This document shows positions 25,999-37,468 of a DNA stretch of 64,000 nucleotides, in pieces. Source of the DNA: Chiloscyllium plagiosum (taxonomy: Eukaryota). The stretch's first letter is position 1. Each line of letters begins with the position of its first letter. The stretch spans positions 21,156,418 through 21,220,417 of the forward strand of contig NC_057719.1 of the NCBI RefSeq assembly GCF_004010195.1, written 5' to 3'. The notes beneath the pieces are model-generated. The model saw only the letters and a program-made list of their open reading frames with translations, was not told the origin of the DNA and did not search any database. A program made the translations under genes and the position numbers.

Positions 25999-27284
25999 CC
26001 TCATGCGAAACAATGCTGAAAATTCCTGCTTTCTATTTATATGTTTGGGTTTCTTTGGGTTGGTGATGTCATTTCCTGTGATGTTATTTGCTGTGGTGAA
26101 GTCACTTCCTGTTCCTTTTCTTAGGGGATGGTAGATAGGATTTAACTCGATGTGTTTCTTGATAGAGTTCCGGTTGGAATTCCATGTTTCTAGGAATTCT
26201 CGTGTAAGTCTTTTGTTTGGCTTGTCCTAGGATGGATGTATTGTCCCAGTCGAAGTGGTGTCCTTCTTCATCCATATGTGAGGATACTGGTGAGAGAGGG
26301 TCATGTCTTTTTGTGGCTAGTTGGTGTTCATGTATCATGGTGGCTAGTTTTCTGCCTGCTTGTCCAATGTAGTGTTTGTTACAGCCCTTGCATGGTATTT
26401 TGTAAATTACATCAGTTTTGCTCATTGTCTGTATAGGGTCTTTCAAGTTCATTAGCTGCTGTTTTAGTGTGTTGGTGGGTTTGTGGGCTACCGTGATGCC
26501 AAAGGGTCTGAATAGTCTGGCAGTCATTTCCGAGATGTCTTTGATGTCGGGGAGAGTGGCTCGGGTTTCTGGACGTGTTTTGTCTGTATGTTTGGACTTG
26601 TTGCTGAGAAATCTGTGGACTGTGCTCATTGGGTACCCATTCTTTTTGAATCCATGAACACAGTCCACCAATTTCTCAGCAACAAACCCAAAGATGCAGA
26701 CAAAACACGTCCAGAAACTCGAGCCACTCTCCCCGACATCAAAGACATCTAGGAAATGACTGACAGACTACTCAGACCCCTTGGCATCACGGTAGCCCAC
26801 AAACCCACCAACACACTAAAACAGCAGCTAATGAACTTGAAAGACCCTATACAGACAATGAGCAAAACTGATGTCATTTACAAAATACCGTGCAAGGATT
26901 GTAACAAACACTACATTGGACAAACAGGCAGAAAACTAGCCACCAGGATACATGAACACCAACTAGCCACAAAAAGACATGACCCTCTCTCACCAGTATC
27001 CTCACATATGGATGAAAAAGGACACCACTTCGACTGGGACAATACATCCATCCTAGGACAAGCCAAACAAAAGACTTGCACGAGAATTCCTAGAAGCATG
27101 GAATTCCAACTGGAACTCTATCAACAAACACATCGAGTTAGATCCCATCTACCATCCCCTAAGAAAAGGAACAGGAAGTGACTTCACCACAGCAAATAAC
27201 ATCACAGGAAATGACATCACCAAAACAAAGAAACCCAAACATATAAATAGAAAGCAGGAATTTTCAGCATTATTTCGCATGAGG

Positions 27285-27326
27285 TCCACTGAAGATGTTA
27301 CCTAGTAAGGTAACGAAACATCTGGA
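27285..27326 (+). ncRNA. Minimal hammerhead ribozyme motif (family C)
   Basis: TCCA-CTGAAGA-T-GTTACC(TAGTAA)GGTAAC-GAAA-CATC-TGGA. Confidence 0.7.
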
Positions 27327-28160
27327 AATGAACCTTTCAGCTCAGTGAGCAAACCTTCATCCAGAATTTCTAGAAGTATGGCACTCAGCCACGGACTCCA
27401 TCAACAAGCACATTGACCGCCACTCAATACACCGGCCATTACAATGAGCAACCGGATGCAGCAGAAACAGAACCACATAAATTCCAGAAAACACAGGACA
27501 ACAGTACTTCACAGGAGGGTCCAAGGTACCAATGATGTCACCTAGACAGAGGACGAAACATCTGCAAATCAATTTTCCAGCTCGGCAAACATATCCACAA
27601 CCATGACAACTGGCATCTGAGCTACAAATCTTTACACAAACGTAAAGGGAGGTATACTGATTACAAACTCTGACACATTTTTTACTTGCTGACACACTAA
27701 GTTTTCAGTGTTGCATACAGTATATCATTAATCTTAAAAACTGTTCCATCTGTAATTTCATCAGCATAGGCTGAAATTTCTGTTTCTCACCCATGGTAAC
27801 AATTTGATCAAACAGTGACGCTCACCCCTGGATCAAGCTTAAAAATAACGAGCAGTTAATTGACATAAACTTGTTTTGTCAAATTGGAGTTGATGGACCA
27901 CACATTTGCCCTAAGAATGAATATACTTCATATATTTTCTAATGCAGTGGTTCTACCACATTAATATCTTAATGTATGAGTAGCTATTTGACCTTATGCT
28001 GTTCTGTATCTGTGTTCCACTTCTATGGAATATGTTTTCTGGAAGTGACCTACAGTGAAGGCATTTTTTTCATAACAGCTTGTGAAGCTTCTTTGTTTTG
28101 AAGCACTCTCTTGTAGTTTCTGTTGGCCTATCATGTTTGTTTTTAGGGTTTTTGTCCCTT

Positions 28161-28340
28161 ATAGATTAGATTAGATTAGATTAGATTCCCTATAGTGTGG
28201 AAACAGGCCCTTCAGCCCAACCAGTCCACACTGACCCTCTAAAGAGTAACCCACCCAGATGCATTTCCCTCTGACTAATGTACTAACACTATGGACAATT
28301 TAACATGGCCAATTCACCTGACCTGCACAGCTTTGGACGT
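28161..28340 (-). mobile_element. HE1-related SINE 3' half
   Basis: (AGATT)n tail + GTGTGGAAACAGGCCCTTC..CATGGCCAATTCACCTGACCTGCAC. Confidence 0.8.
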
Positions 28341-28719
28341 TGATGGATGTTGTTATTCTCCTGTGATAAGGTTGTTTTTTTTATTCCCAGGATTTCCCTG
28401 TGACTTTTCCTCCTTTCCGCTTCCAACACAATCTGCATAATTTTCTCCAAAGTAAAACCTTTGTGCTGTAATAAACTCCTCATCAGTAATTCCACCAATA
28501 TGCTGTCTCTCAGGGATTCTGATTTCAAAGCTTCATAGTCACAATTTACCACCAATGTATAGAGATCATTAATTTTTTTTAATTGATTCCCCGAATGTGG
28601 AGATCATCCAATAAATCTTGCTCTCAGTAATTTTGCTTGTTCTTAAAGTAATTGTCAAGTATCTTTTGTTAGGGTGCAAAAGGAGGCCACAAGCCAGTTG
28701 CATCTGCATTGACTCTGCA

Positions 28720-29140
28720 GCAAGCATTAGAATTTATTTGGACTGGTACATGAATAGGAAATGTTTAGAGGGATATGGGCCAAATGCAAGGAAATGGGAC
28801 TAGTTTAGTTTCGGAAACCTGCTTGGGATAGATGAATAGAACTGAAGGATCTGATTCTGTGATGTATGACTATGACAAGATTCCAAGTAAGACTTAACAA
28901 ATGCTTTGTATACATTCAGCATAACCTCATTGCACTGGTATTCTATGCCCCTACTAATATTTTGTCCATTGTTCTTTCCACCAGTTCTGCTACTTTCCAT
29001 AATCTATGCACAGATACACTCAGGTCCCTCTGCTCCCGAAATTCCATAAGTATTGTACCCCTTATTTTATACTGTCTCTCTGGATTCTTGCTACCAAACT
29101 GCATCACCTCTCATTTCTCTGCATTGAACCTGAACTTCAC
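28720..29140. mobile_element. CR1 fragments (+ 28720-28875; - 28880-29140)
   Basis: CR1 3' UTR; minus strand ISRGIEY..EVMLNVYKAFVK.YLE. Confidence 0.65.
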
Positions 29141-29327
29141 AGACTGCTTAGCACCATTCCTTATGTCCTGTTTCCCTTGTTTGCTTCACTCCCAAGCTCT
29201 CACCCTCCTCTATCCACCCACCTTGCCGCCTTGGGAAGGATAAGAAATATTTTTATTTTGAACCTTTCTAAGTGCTTCATGAATCTTTAACCCCTAAATT
29301 TTCCCACTTCTTGTTCCTAGTTACTAG

Positions 29328-29458
29328 TTCCTGAAGAAGGGCTTATGCCCGAAATGTTGATTCTCCTGCTACTTGGATGCGGCCTGGCCTGCTGTGTTTT
29401 TCCAGCACCACATTTTTCAACTCTGGTCTCCAGCATATGCAGTCCTCACTTTCTCCTA
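29328..29458 (+). mobile_element. PLE family A 3' end with hammerhead motif
   Basis: CTGAAGAAGGGCTTATGCCCGAAATGTT; matches 4536-4662. Confidence 0.8.
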
Positions 29459-30169
29459 GTTACTTAGTGCAATTAATACCATTTTCTCATCAACATCAAT
29501 GTCAAAATCCTTGAAACTGAGCAAATAAGTAAAGAGAACAGAATTTTTACAGGGTATGACTTTACTACTTAAACAAGGTTAAGTAACTATAGTACTGACA
29601 ATTCTGTGTGCAAACACAAGTCATCGTTCCATCAGTAATACAAAGAGAAAATTCATGTTAGATTCCAAGAGCATCATTAATCTTCAGGCTTTATGTATTT
29701 GTAGTCAATAACCTAGCAATTCTTTGATGCACAGCTTTAGGGTTTTACCACATGAGTTGTCCAAAATCCTACACAAAATAACTAATTGGGTTTGGAATTC
29801 GCAGCACACTGCTTCCAGAATGTATAACAAACTGAGTTTATTCCTCTTAATTCAAACTTGGCAACTTGTACTGGCATTAATCCACCAATCAAATTAAAGA
29901 ACGATGCACAACATTTTGTTGTTCTTGATATGGGAATGACAAGCATTCTGTTTGCAGGATAATTGATCATTAGGGCTGGATTTTCACAGATTCTTGAAGA
30001 CTCTGTGGAACTTTAGAAATGCACTTGGGTGCTGGATCCTGTGCCATTTTTGGCAGTCCTCATTTACACAGGTAGAAGATAGGGGGCACTAAAGTCCAAT
30101 GCACCAGTGTGAATCAAACATTGCTGGGCTATCCAGCATCACACTTTTAGAACTCTCAAGCTGTCAAGT

Positions 30170-32425
30170 TAGACAGAGCATAAAACAGTACAGTACAGGT
30201 CCTTCGGCCCTTGACATTGTGATGACCCTTTATCCAACTCTAAGATTAAACTAACTACACACCCTTCATTTTACTAATATCCATGTGCCTATTCAAGAGT
30301 CGCTTAAATGTCCCTAATTTACCTGACCCTACTCCTACTACTGGGAGTCCATTCCACACACCCACAACTCTCTTTGTAAAAAACTGACCTCTGACATCCC
30401 CCCTAAACCTTCCTCCAATCACCTTAAAATTATGCCCCCTTGTGATAGCCATTTCTGCTCTGGGAAAAGGTCTCTAACTATTCACTCTATCTATGCCTCT
30501 CATCATCTTGTACACCTCTATCGTATCACCACTCATCCTTCTTCACTCCAATGACAAAAGCCTTAGCTCCCTCAACCTTTCGTCATAAGACATGCCTTCA
30601 GTGCAGGCAGCATCCTGGTCAATCTCCTCTGCACTTTCTCTAAAGCTTCCACATCCTTCCTATAATGAGGCGACCAAAATTGGACACAATATTCAAAGTG
30701 TGGACTAACCAGGGCTCTATAGAGCTGCAACATAACCTCTCGGCTCTTAAACTCAATCTCCCTGCTAACGAAAGCCGACACACCATATGCCTTCTTAACA
30801 ACCCTATGAACTTGGGTAGCAACTTTGAGAGATCAATGGACTTGGACCCCAAGATCCCTCTATTCCACCAACACTGCCAAAAATCTTGCCTTTAACCCTG
30901 TACTCTGCATTCAAATTCAACCTTCCAAAATGAATCACTTCACACTTTTCCAGGTTGACATTCATCTGCCACTTCTCAGCCCAGCTCTGCAACCTGACAA
31001 TGTCCCATTACAACCCACAACAGCCCTCCACACTATCCACCACTCCACCAACCTTTGTGTAATCAGTAAACTGATAAACCCACTCTTCCACTATCTCATC
31101 CAAGTGATTTACAAAAATCACAAAGAGCAGACGTCCCAGAATAGATCCCCGTGGAACACCACTGGTCACCAAGCTCCAGGCTGAATATATTCCATCAACC
31201 ATCGCCCTCTGTCTTTTATGGGCCAGCAAATTCTGTATCCAGACAGCCAAATCTCCCTGGATCCAATGCTTCCTTACTTTCTGAATAAGCCCGCCAAAGG
31301 GAACTTTATCAAATGCCTTGCTAAATTCCATGTACACCACATCCATTGCTCTACCTTCATCAATGTGTTTTGCCACATCCTCAAAGAATTCAATTAGACT
31401 TGTGAGGCATGATCTGCCCCTTACAAAGCCACGTTAACAATCTCGAATCAAACTATGGTTTTCCAAGTAAGCATAAATCCTGTCTCTCAGAATCCTCTTC
31501 AATCATTTGCCCACCACAGATGTGAGACTGAATGATCTGTAATTCCCAGGGTAATCCCTTTTCCCTTTCTTGAACAAGGCAATAACATTTGCCATACGTC
31601 AAGCATCTGGGACTATTCCAGTGGACAGTGAGGATGCAAAGGTCATCGCTATTGGCGCAGCAATCTCTTCCCTCGCTTCCTGTAGTGATGTTGAGTATAT
31701 CCCATCTGGCCCAGAGGACCTATCTCTTATGTTTTTCAAAATTTCCAGCACATCCTCCTTCTTAACATCAACCTATTCGAGCATATCAGCCTGTTTCACA
31801 CCGTCCTCACAAATGACAAGGTTCCTCTCAGTAGTGAATACTGAAGCAAAGTATTCATTAAGGACTTCCCTCCCTCCTCTGACTCCAGGCACAAGTTCCC
31901 TTCACCAACCCTGATCAGCTCTACCCTCACTCTGACCACCCTCTTGTTCCTCACAAAAGTGTAGAATGCCTTAATCCTACCCACTAAAGCTTTCTCATGC
32001 CCCCTTCTAGCTCTCCTAAGTCCATTCTTCAGTTCCTTCCTGGCTACCTTGTAACCCGCTAGAGCCCTGCTGATCCTTGCCTCCTTAAGCTTAAGTAACT
32101 TCCTTCTTCCTCCTGACTAGATGTTCTACATCCCTTGTCACTAAAAGGTTCCTTCACCCTTCTAACTCCTATCCAGCACCATCAGCAAGTACTCCCTCAA
32201 CAACATCCACATTTCTCTCGTACATTTCCCTAAGAACATCTGTTCGCAATTTAGGCACCCCAGTTCCTAAATAGCACTGTAATTCTCCCTCCCCTAATTA
32301 AATTTAATACTTTTCACATCATCTGCTCCTATCCCTCTCCATGATAATAGTAAAGTTCAGAGAGTTATGATCACAATCACTGAAATGTTCTCCCACTGAG
32401 AAACCTGACACCTGGCCTGATTGGT
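30170..32425 (-). mobile_element. Degenerate CR1 ORF2 and 3' UTR
   Basis: MDVVYMEFSKAFDKVP, SGVPRGSILG, WAEKWQM, EYCVQFWSPHY fragments. Confidence 0.9.
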
Positions 32426-33450
32426 TGGAGGAAAAGTACCTTATTCAAAGTAGATGGACACTTGGGTTGCTTGGATGTAGAATACCTCGTCCAAGCAGAT
32501 GCGGTGGAGGCGGAGGAATTGGAAGAACAAGATGGAATTCTTGCAGGATGCTGGGTGGGAGGAGGTGTAGTCCAGGTCGTTGTGGAAGTCTGTGGATTTG
32601 TAGTAAATGTCCCTCTGGAGACTGTCGCCGCAGATGGAAATGGAGAGCTCCTGCTCCACCGATCTCAATACATTCTACCTCAACTCCATCCTCTCCCGCT
32701 TGGTTCAAGCACTTCCCACCTAGATCCATGACATAACCACACCCTCCATCTCTTCAGTAACTTCCAGTTCCCTGGCCGCCGGCACTTTATCTTCACTATG
32801 GACATGCAGTCCTTATACATGCCCATACCCCATGGCCTCCAAGCCCTCCGCTTCTTCCTCTCCAACAGACCCATCCAGTCCCCCTTCACCACACCTTCCT
32901 CCACCCCACCAAACTGGTTCTCATCCTTAATAACTTTTCCTTTCACTCCTCCCATTACCTCTAAATCTAGGGGATAGCCATGGGGATGGCCACTGGTGCA
33001 GCATCCTGCACCCAGGCTGAACTGGAGCAGTTCATAAACTTGGCCCACAACTTCGACGACGCCCTCAAATTCACTTGGTCAATCACGGACTGGTCACTCC
33101 CCTTTCTTGACCTCTCCATTTCCATCTCCGGCGACATTTACTACAAACCGACAGACTCCCATAATTGTCTGGACTACATCTTTTCCCATCCAGTATCCTG
33201 CAATAACTCCATCCTGTTCTCCCAATTCCTCCGCCTCTGCCACAACTGCTCGGATAAGAAGAAATTCCACTCCAAACATCCCAGATGTCCACCTATTTTG
33301 AACAATGCACTTTTCCTCCCTCTATTATCCAGACAGCCTTCCGCCGCACCACCTCCATTCCCCGTTCCACTGCTCTAATCCTCCCCCTTCCAAAGACAAG
33401 AAAGACAGAGTCTCCCTTGTCCTCACCTACCACCCCACTACTTTCCACAA
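32425..33450 (+). mobile_element. Degenerate PLE RT fragment with an inverted partial copy (32425-32660)
   Basis: FTMDMQSLY, G.AMG, LKFTWSI..LPFLDLSISI..YYKPTDSH.LDY.SSHP; 32440-32645 is an inverted homologue of 33110-33305. Confidence 0.75.
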
Positions 33451-34777
33451 CAAATCATTATCACAGTGGGGAACTGTGGTTACAAAATTCAAAGTCAGAG
33501 GTTACTAAAAGTTTATCTGGCTAGTTATGTTTACAAAAGTTTACTTTTCTAAGAAATGTAAGGAGCGGACTGAATGAAAATGCATTGAATGGACTTTCAC
33601 GAACATTACTTTTTTAAAAGATAAATATGGTGAAGTCTGAGGGAAACATTTAGAACTTCATCTTGTTTTATGCTAACCTCCCTCCTGAATTCTGCCTATG
33701 ACAGATGTTGGTGCATTTGTATGGAAGATGTAAAGAATAAAATGACGGTGGGGGGAGGTAGCCATAAGTTGGCACAAAGCTGGCATTTAACTATTACAAA
33801 AGACCATGGGGATAGTTGGGACTCATGAGTTAGCATTGAGGGACATGGGGAGTAGTTGATGCTTGATGGCAAAAAGATCCAATATACAATAAAACAAATT
33901 TGATGAAGTCCCAGAAAATGAAGTGAGACTTAGAAGTAGTCTGTCTCATCATTTCTGCAGCTCCCACCTTTGGTGCATCCACGGACACCAGGTCTGACTC
34001 CATTCATACCTCCAACCAGAGCAAAAATAGTGCCTGAAGGAACTTTTTCCTGAGGAGGATGTGCAAGCTGGGATATTTTTCATATCAAGATACCCACCTC
34101 AAGACCCAAGATCTGGTCTCTTAATCTGTGGAACACCCTCTCTAAACAAGTCATCCTTGCAAAACTGCAATGACTGGAAATCAGATTGAAAACTGAGTTG
34201 AGTCATTGATTGGAGTCATGCCTAAAACAAACAAAGATGGTTGTGGTTGTCAGAGGTCAATCCTCTCCATTCAAGGAGGTTACTGAAGGTGTTCCTCAAG
34301 GCAGTGCCATAGACCCAACTAGCTTTATTAAGGACTTTCCGCCACAAGATCAGAACTGGGCATGTTCACTGATGGTCACTGAATGTTCACTCTCCTTCAC
34401 AACTCCTCAGATACTCAAGTTACAGGCTTGCGTTGATATGGATCAAATAACATCAAGTCACCAAGTGCTAGACAATTTTTATCTCCAACATAAGAGTAGC
34501 TAATTGTTGCCTCTTGACTTTCTATGGCATTACTGAATCTCCCACTATCAACATCCTGGTGGAACCACTGACCAAACACCAGCCACCTAACTACAATGTC
34601 TGCAATAGTAGGTCAGAAGCTAGGAATTCTGCAAAGAGTAACTCCCCTCTTGTCTCCTAAATGCTTGTCCACTATCTACAATGCACTGGTCAGCAGTGTG
34701 ATGTAACATTCTCTACTTCGCTAGATGGATGCAGCTCCATCTACATTCAAGGAGTTTGAAACCAATCGTGACAAAGC

Positions 34778-35737
34778 ATGATGGAGATGGCAGAGTTGAC
34801 AGCATTCGGGATCCTCAGCCTAGGGCCTGTCAACCTGTCCATTATCTTTCCTCCTCCTTTGCTTCCTCTCTCTCTTTCTCTAAGATTTTAAAGTTATTTT
34901 TCTAATAAGAAGACTTACCTTGGAGCAGCTGAGAGCTGGAGCAGAGTGGGCTGGAGGCCTGGAGCTGGAGTAGAGCGGACTGGAGGCCTGGAGCTGGAGC
35001 AGAGTGGGCTGGAGGCCTGGAGCTGAGAGCTGGAGCAGGCTGGAGGCCTGGAGCTGAGAGCCAGAGCGGAGCGGGCTGGAGGCCTGGAGCTGAGAGACAT
35101 AGAGGAGCGGGCTGGAGGTCTGGAGCTGAGAGCCGGACAGGAGCGGACTGAGGCCTGGAGCTGGAGTTGAGCAGGCTGGAGGTCTGGAGCTGAGAGCCGG
35201 AGCAGGCTGGAGGCCTGGAGCTGAGAGCCAGAGCGGAGCGGGCTGGAGGCCTGGAGCTGAGAGCCGTAGAGGAGCAGGCTGGAGGTCTGGAGCTGAGAGC
35301 CGGACAGGAGCGGACTGAGGCCTGGAGCTGGAGCAGAGCAGGCTGGAGGTCTGAAGCTGAGAGCCGGAGCAGGCTGGAGGCCTGGAGCTGAGAACCAGAG
35401 CGGAGCGGGCTGGAGGTCTGGATCTGAGTGGGGACGGTTGTTGGACTGGGCTCTGGCAAAGGCAGCTTGCGAGGAAGGTCAGGCAATGTGTGGAAGCCCC
35501 TGACCTGAGCAACTGCAGTGTCATGTCTATCCTTTTAACAATGTCTTATTTCTAACTTATACTATGAATCACTGAAATATAATGGAATTTATTTTCTTTT
35601 TATTCCTCTAAAGATTTGTACTGAGGTACTTTGTACTTAAGGTGGTGCCATAAGAGGTAACATTGTAAACGTTTCACTGTACACCTGCACTTCTGTACTT
35701 GAGTATATGTTACAGTAAAGGATATTCTAATTCTAGT
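34778..35737 (+). mobile_element. Non-coding retroelement with an internal minisatellite
   Basis: Interrupts a LINE; starts near GAGATGGC; ends TTTCACTGTAC..TTACAGTAAA..ATTCTAATTCTA. Confidence 0.6.
34921..35428 (+). repeat. G-rich minisatellite (GGCTGGAGGCCTGGAGCTGAGAGC core) with a 167-bp higher-order period
   Basis: CCAGAGCGGAGCGGG recurs at 35061, 35228 and 35395. Confidence 0.95.
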
Positions 35738-36544
35738 ATCCTCTTGAGCAACGTTCCATCCACCATATTCAATATTCATTCCCTTTGCCACCAATGCACT
35801 CTGACTCACGTTCGTATCAAATTTAAAATGTACGGCAGTATCACACTAAGGATCCTTCAAGTGCAAGTTCTGAACTCAAAATCTCAACCACTCAGAAGGA
35901 TAAGAGCATCCAATAGTTGGGAATATCGCAACAGCAAGTTCCCTTCTAAAGCACATACCATCCTGACCTGGAGTTTTTTCAACGTTCCTTCACTGTTTCT
36001 GACTCAAACACGAGAACACACCTATTAACAACATAGTGTGCGCCCCTAACTCAAGGACTGCAGTCATATCCAAGTAGCCAGGTAACCACAAGCTTTTCCA
36101 TGGTAATCAGGGATGGGCAACATAGGCCTGGCCAGTAACAACAAAATGCTAAGAATGAATTTAAAAATAACCTTTCCGTCTCTATTTCTCTCTTTATTTA
36201 AACAAACTTCTTCAATGCTACCTCTTGGAGAAAGTTTTTGTTCATTTGTCCTATTGTGTGACTTCCCATCAAATTCTGCTCAATCGTCCTCCTGTGAAGA
36301 GCCTTTGGACATTTTTCTATATAAATATGAATAGTTATTGATCATGTGTTTCTGGCCTAACATTCTGAAAATTAGATTTTGCACAAAATTTGCCATCTCC
36401 TTTTCACATAGCAATACAACTTGTCACTGTATCGTTTCAAACAGGTTTTTTATCGAGAATTTGATGAGGGTTCTATTTTCATTGGTTAGCTCCATAAATT
36501 AGATATTTTACTGTTATTTTTACCATTGTGTTTGAAAGCAAGTA

Positions 36545-36955
36545 TCTGCCTTCTCTGGAATGGCAAATGCTGAGGGGAGACTTGAAAGAAATCTAAAAAA
36601 TGGTGAGATGCTTAGATACGGTTGGTGGTCAGAATCTTTTTCCCAGAGTTGAAATGTCTAATACTTGGGGATAATCATTTGAGGTGAGAGGGGAAAAGTT
36701 CAAAAGAGATGTGAGGGGCAAGTCTTTACACAAAGTTGGTCGGAATCTGGAATGCACTGCCAAGGATGATTGTGGAGACAAATATGATAGGGCATTTAAA
36801 GGGCTTTTAGATAAGCACATGAATACGCAAGGAATAGAAAGATATGGACCAAGGGCAGGCAGAAGGGGTTAGTTTCATTTTGCGCCATGTTCGGCACAAT
36901 ATTGTAGAAGCAAGGACCCATTCCAGTGCTGTACTGTTTTATGTTGTTCTATGAT
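36545..36955 (+). mobile_element. CR1 3' fragment
   Basis: LRGDL..RGEKFKRDVRGK..LDKHMN; TTCTATG tail. Confidence 0.8.
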
Positions 36956-36989
36956 TTGTCAAACGCCTCAACTTTAAGCAAAACTCACT

Positions 36990-37468
36990 TTTTGTTTTAG
37001 AATACAGTTAAAATACAGACAAAATAAAAATAAAAGAATTGGCTTAACTGTAATGCTAACAAATAATGTATCCACCAAATGCTTCTACTTAACTGTTGCA
37101 ATATAATAAGATCCCATAAACACACCTTTGGCAAAGGCAAATTCAGTAAAATAGATTGTCTCATACACAATTCGAGTAGCAGGAAGAGAACCCCAGCTTT
37201 TTGCGGGAACAAAGAGAGAGGAATAAGAGTTTCTAAATCCAGCTTCAAGATCTTAGGAAACTATGGAAAGCTCAAACTAAAAATCCTGATCTGTGAGAGC
37301 TTGACCCCTCCCATTCAGGCCACTTCTATTGTTCCAACTTTCAAAAAGAAAAGGCATCAGAAGCTGTTTACTTTATTGATTTTGAGCAGACCACTTGACA
37401 CCTCTGTCTCAACCTTTCTTCATAAAGAAAACAGGACAACATACATCTCTTTAAGCCATAATATCACA
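36990..37468 (-). mobile_element. Possible partial solo LTR
   Basis: Non-coding block; reverse complement begins TGTGATATTATGGC (TG start); ACTCAC on both flanks. Confidence 0.3.

Larger units (their letters stand above)
25884..27365. mobile_element. Younger Penelope/Poseidon-like PLE (family C) as a ~710-bp-arm palindrome nested in the older copy
   Basis: Both arms encode DVIYKIPCK.CNKHYIGQ.GRKLAT.IHEH (GIY-YIG); TSD AATTTCTAGA at 25874 and 27365. Confidence 0.9.
24800..27640 (+). mobile_element. Older Penelope/Poseidon-like PLE (25146-25883 + 27365-27640) with an upstream inverted arm (24800-25145)
   Basis: TKVYRKATHTD.VLNYNSNHP thumb motif and GIY-YIG remnants; 24800-25050 is the reverse complement of 27365-27606. 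Confidence 0.8.
34150..36165 (+). mobile_element. Old LINE (same family as 20600-22660), interrupted at 34778-35737
   Basis: VVVRGQSS..GVPQGS; sequence is contiguous across the insertion; shared tail. Confidence 0.7.

Noticed and set aside
34880..35524. 214-aa and 194-aa repetitive ORFs on the minus strand
   Set aside because: Open only because the minisatellite lacks stop codons; no domain or splice context.
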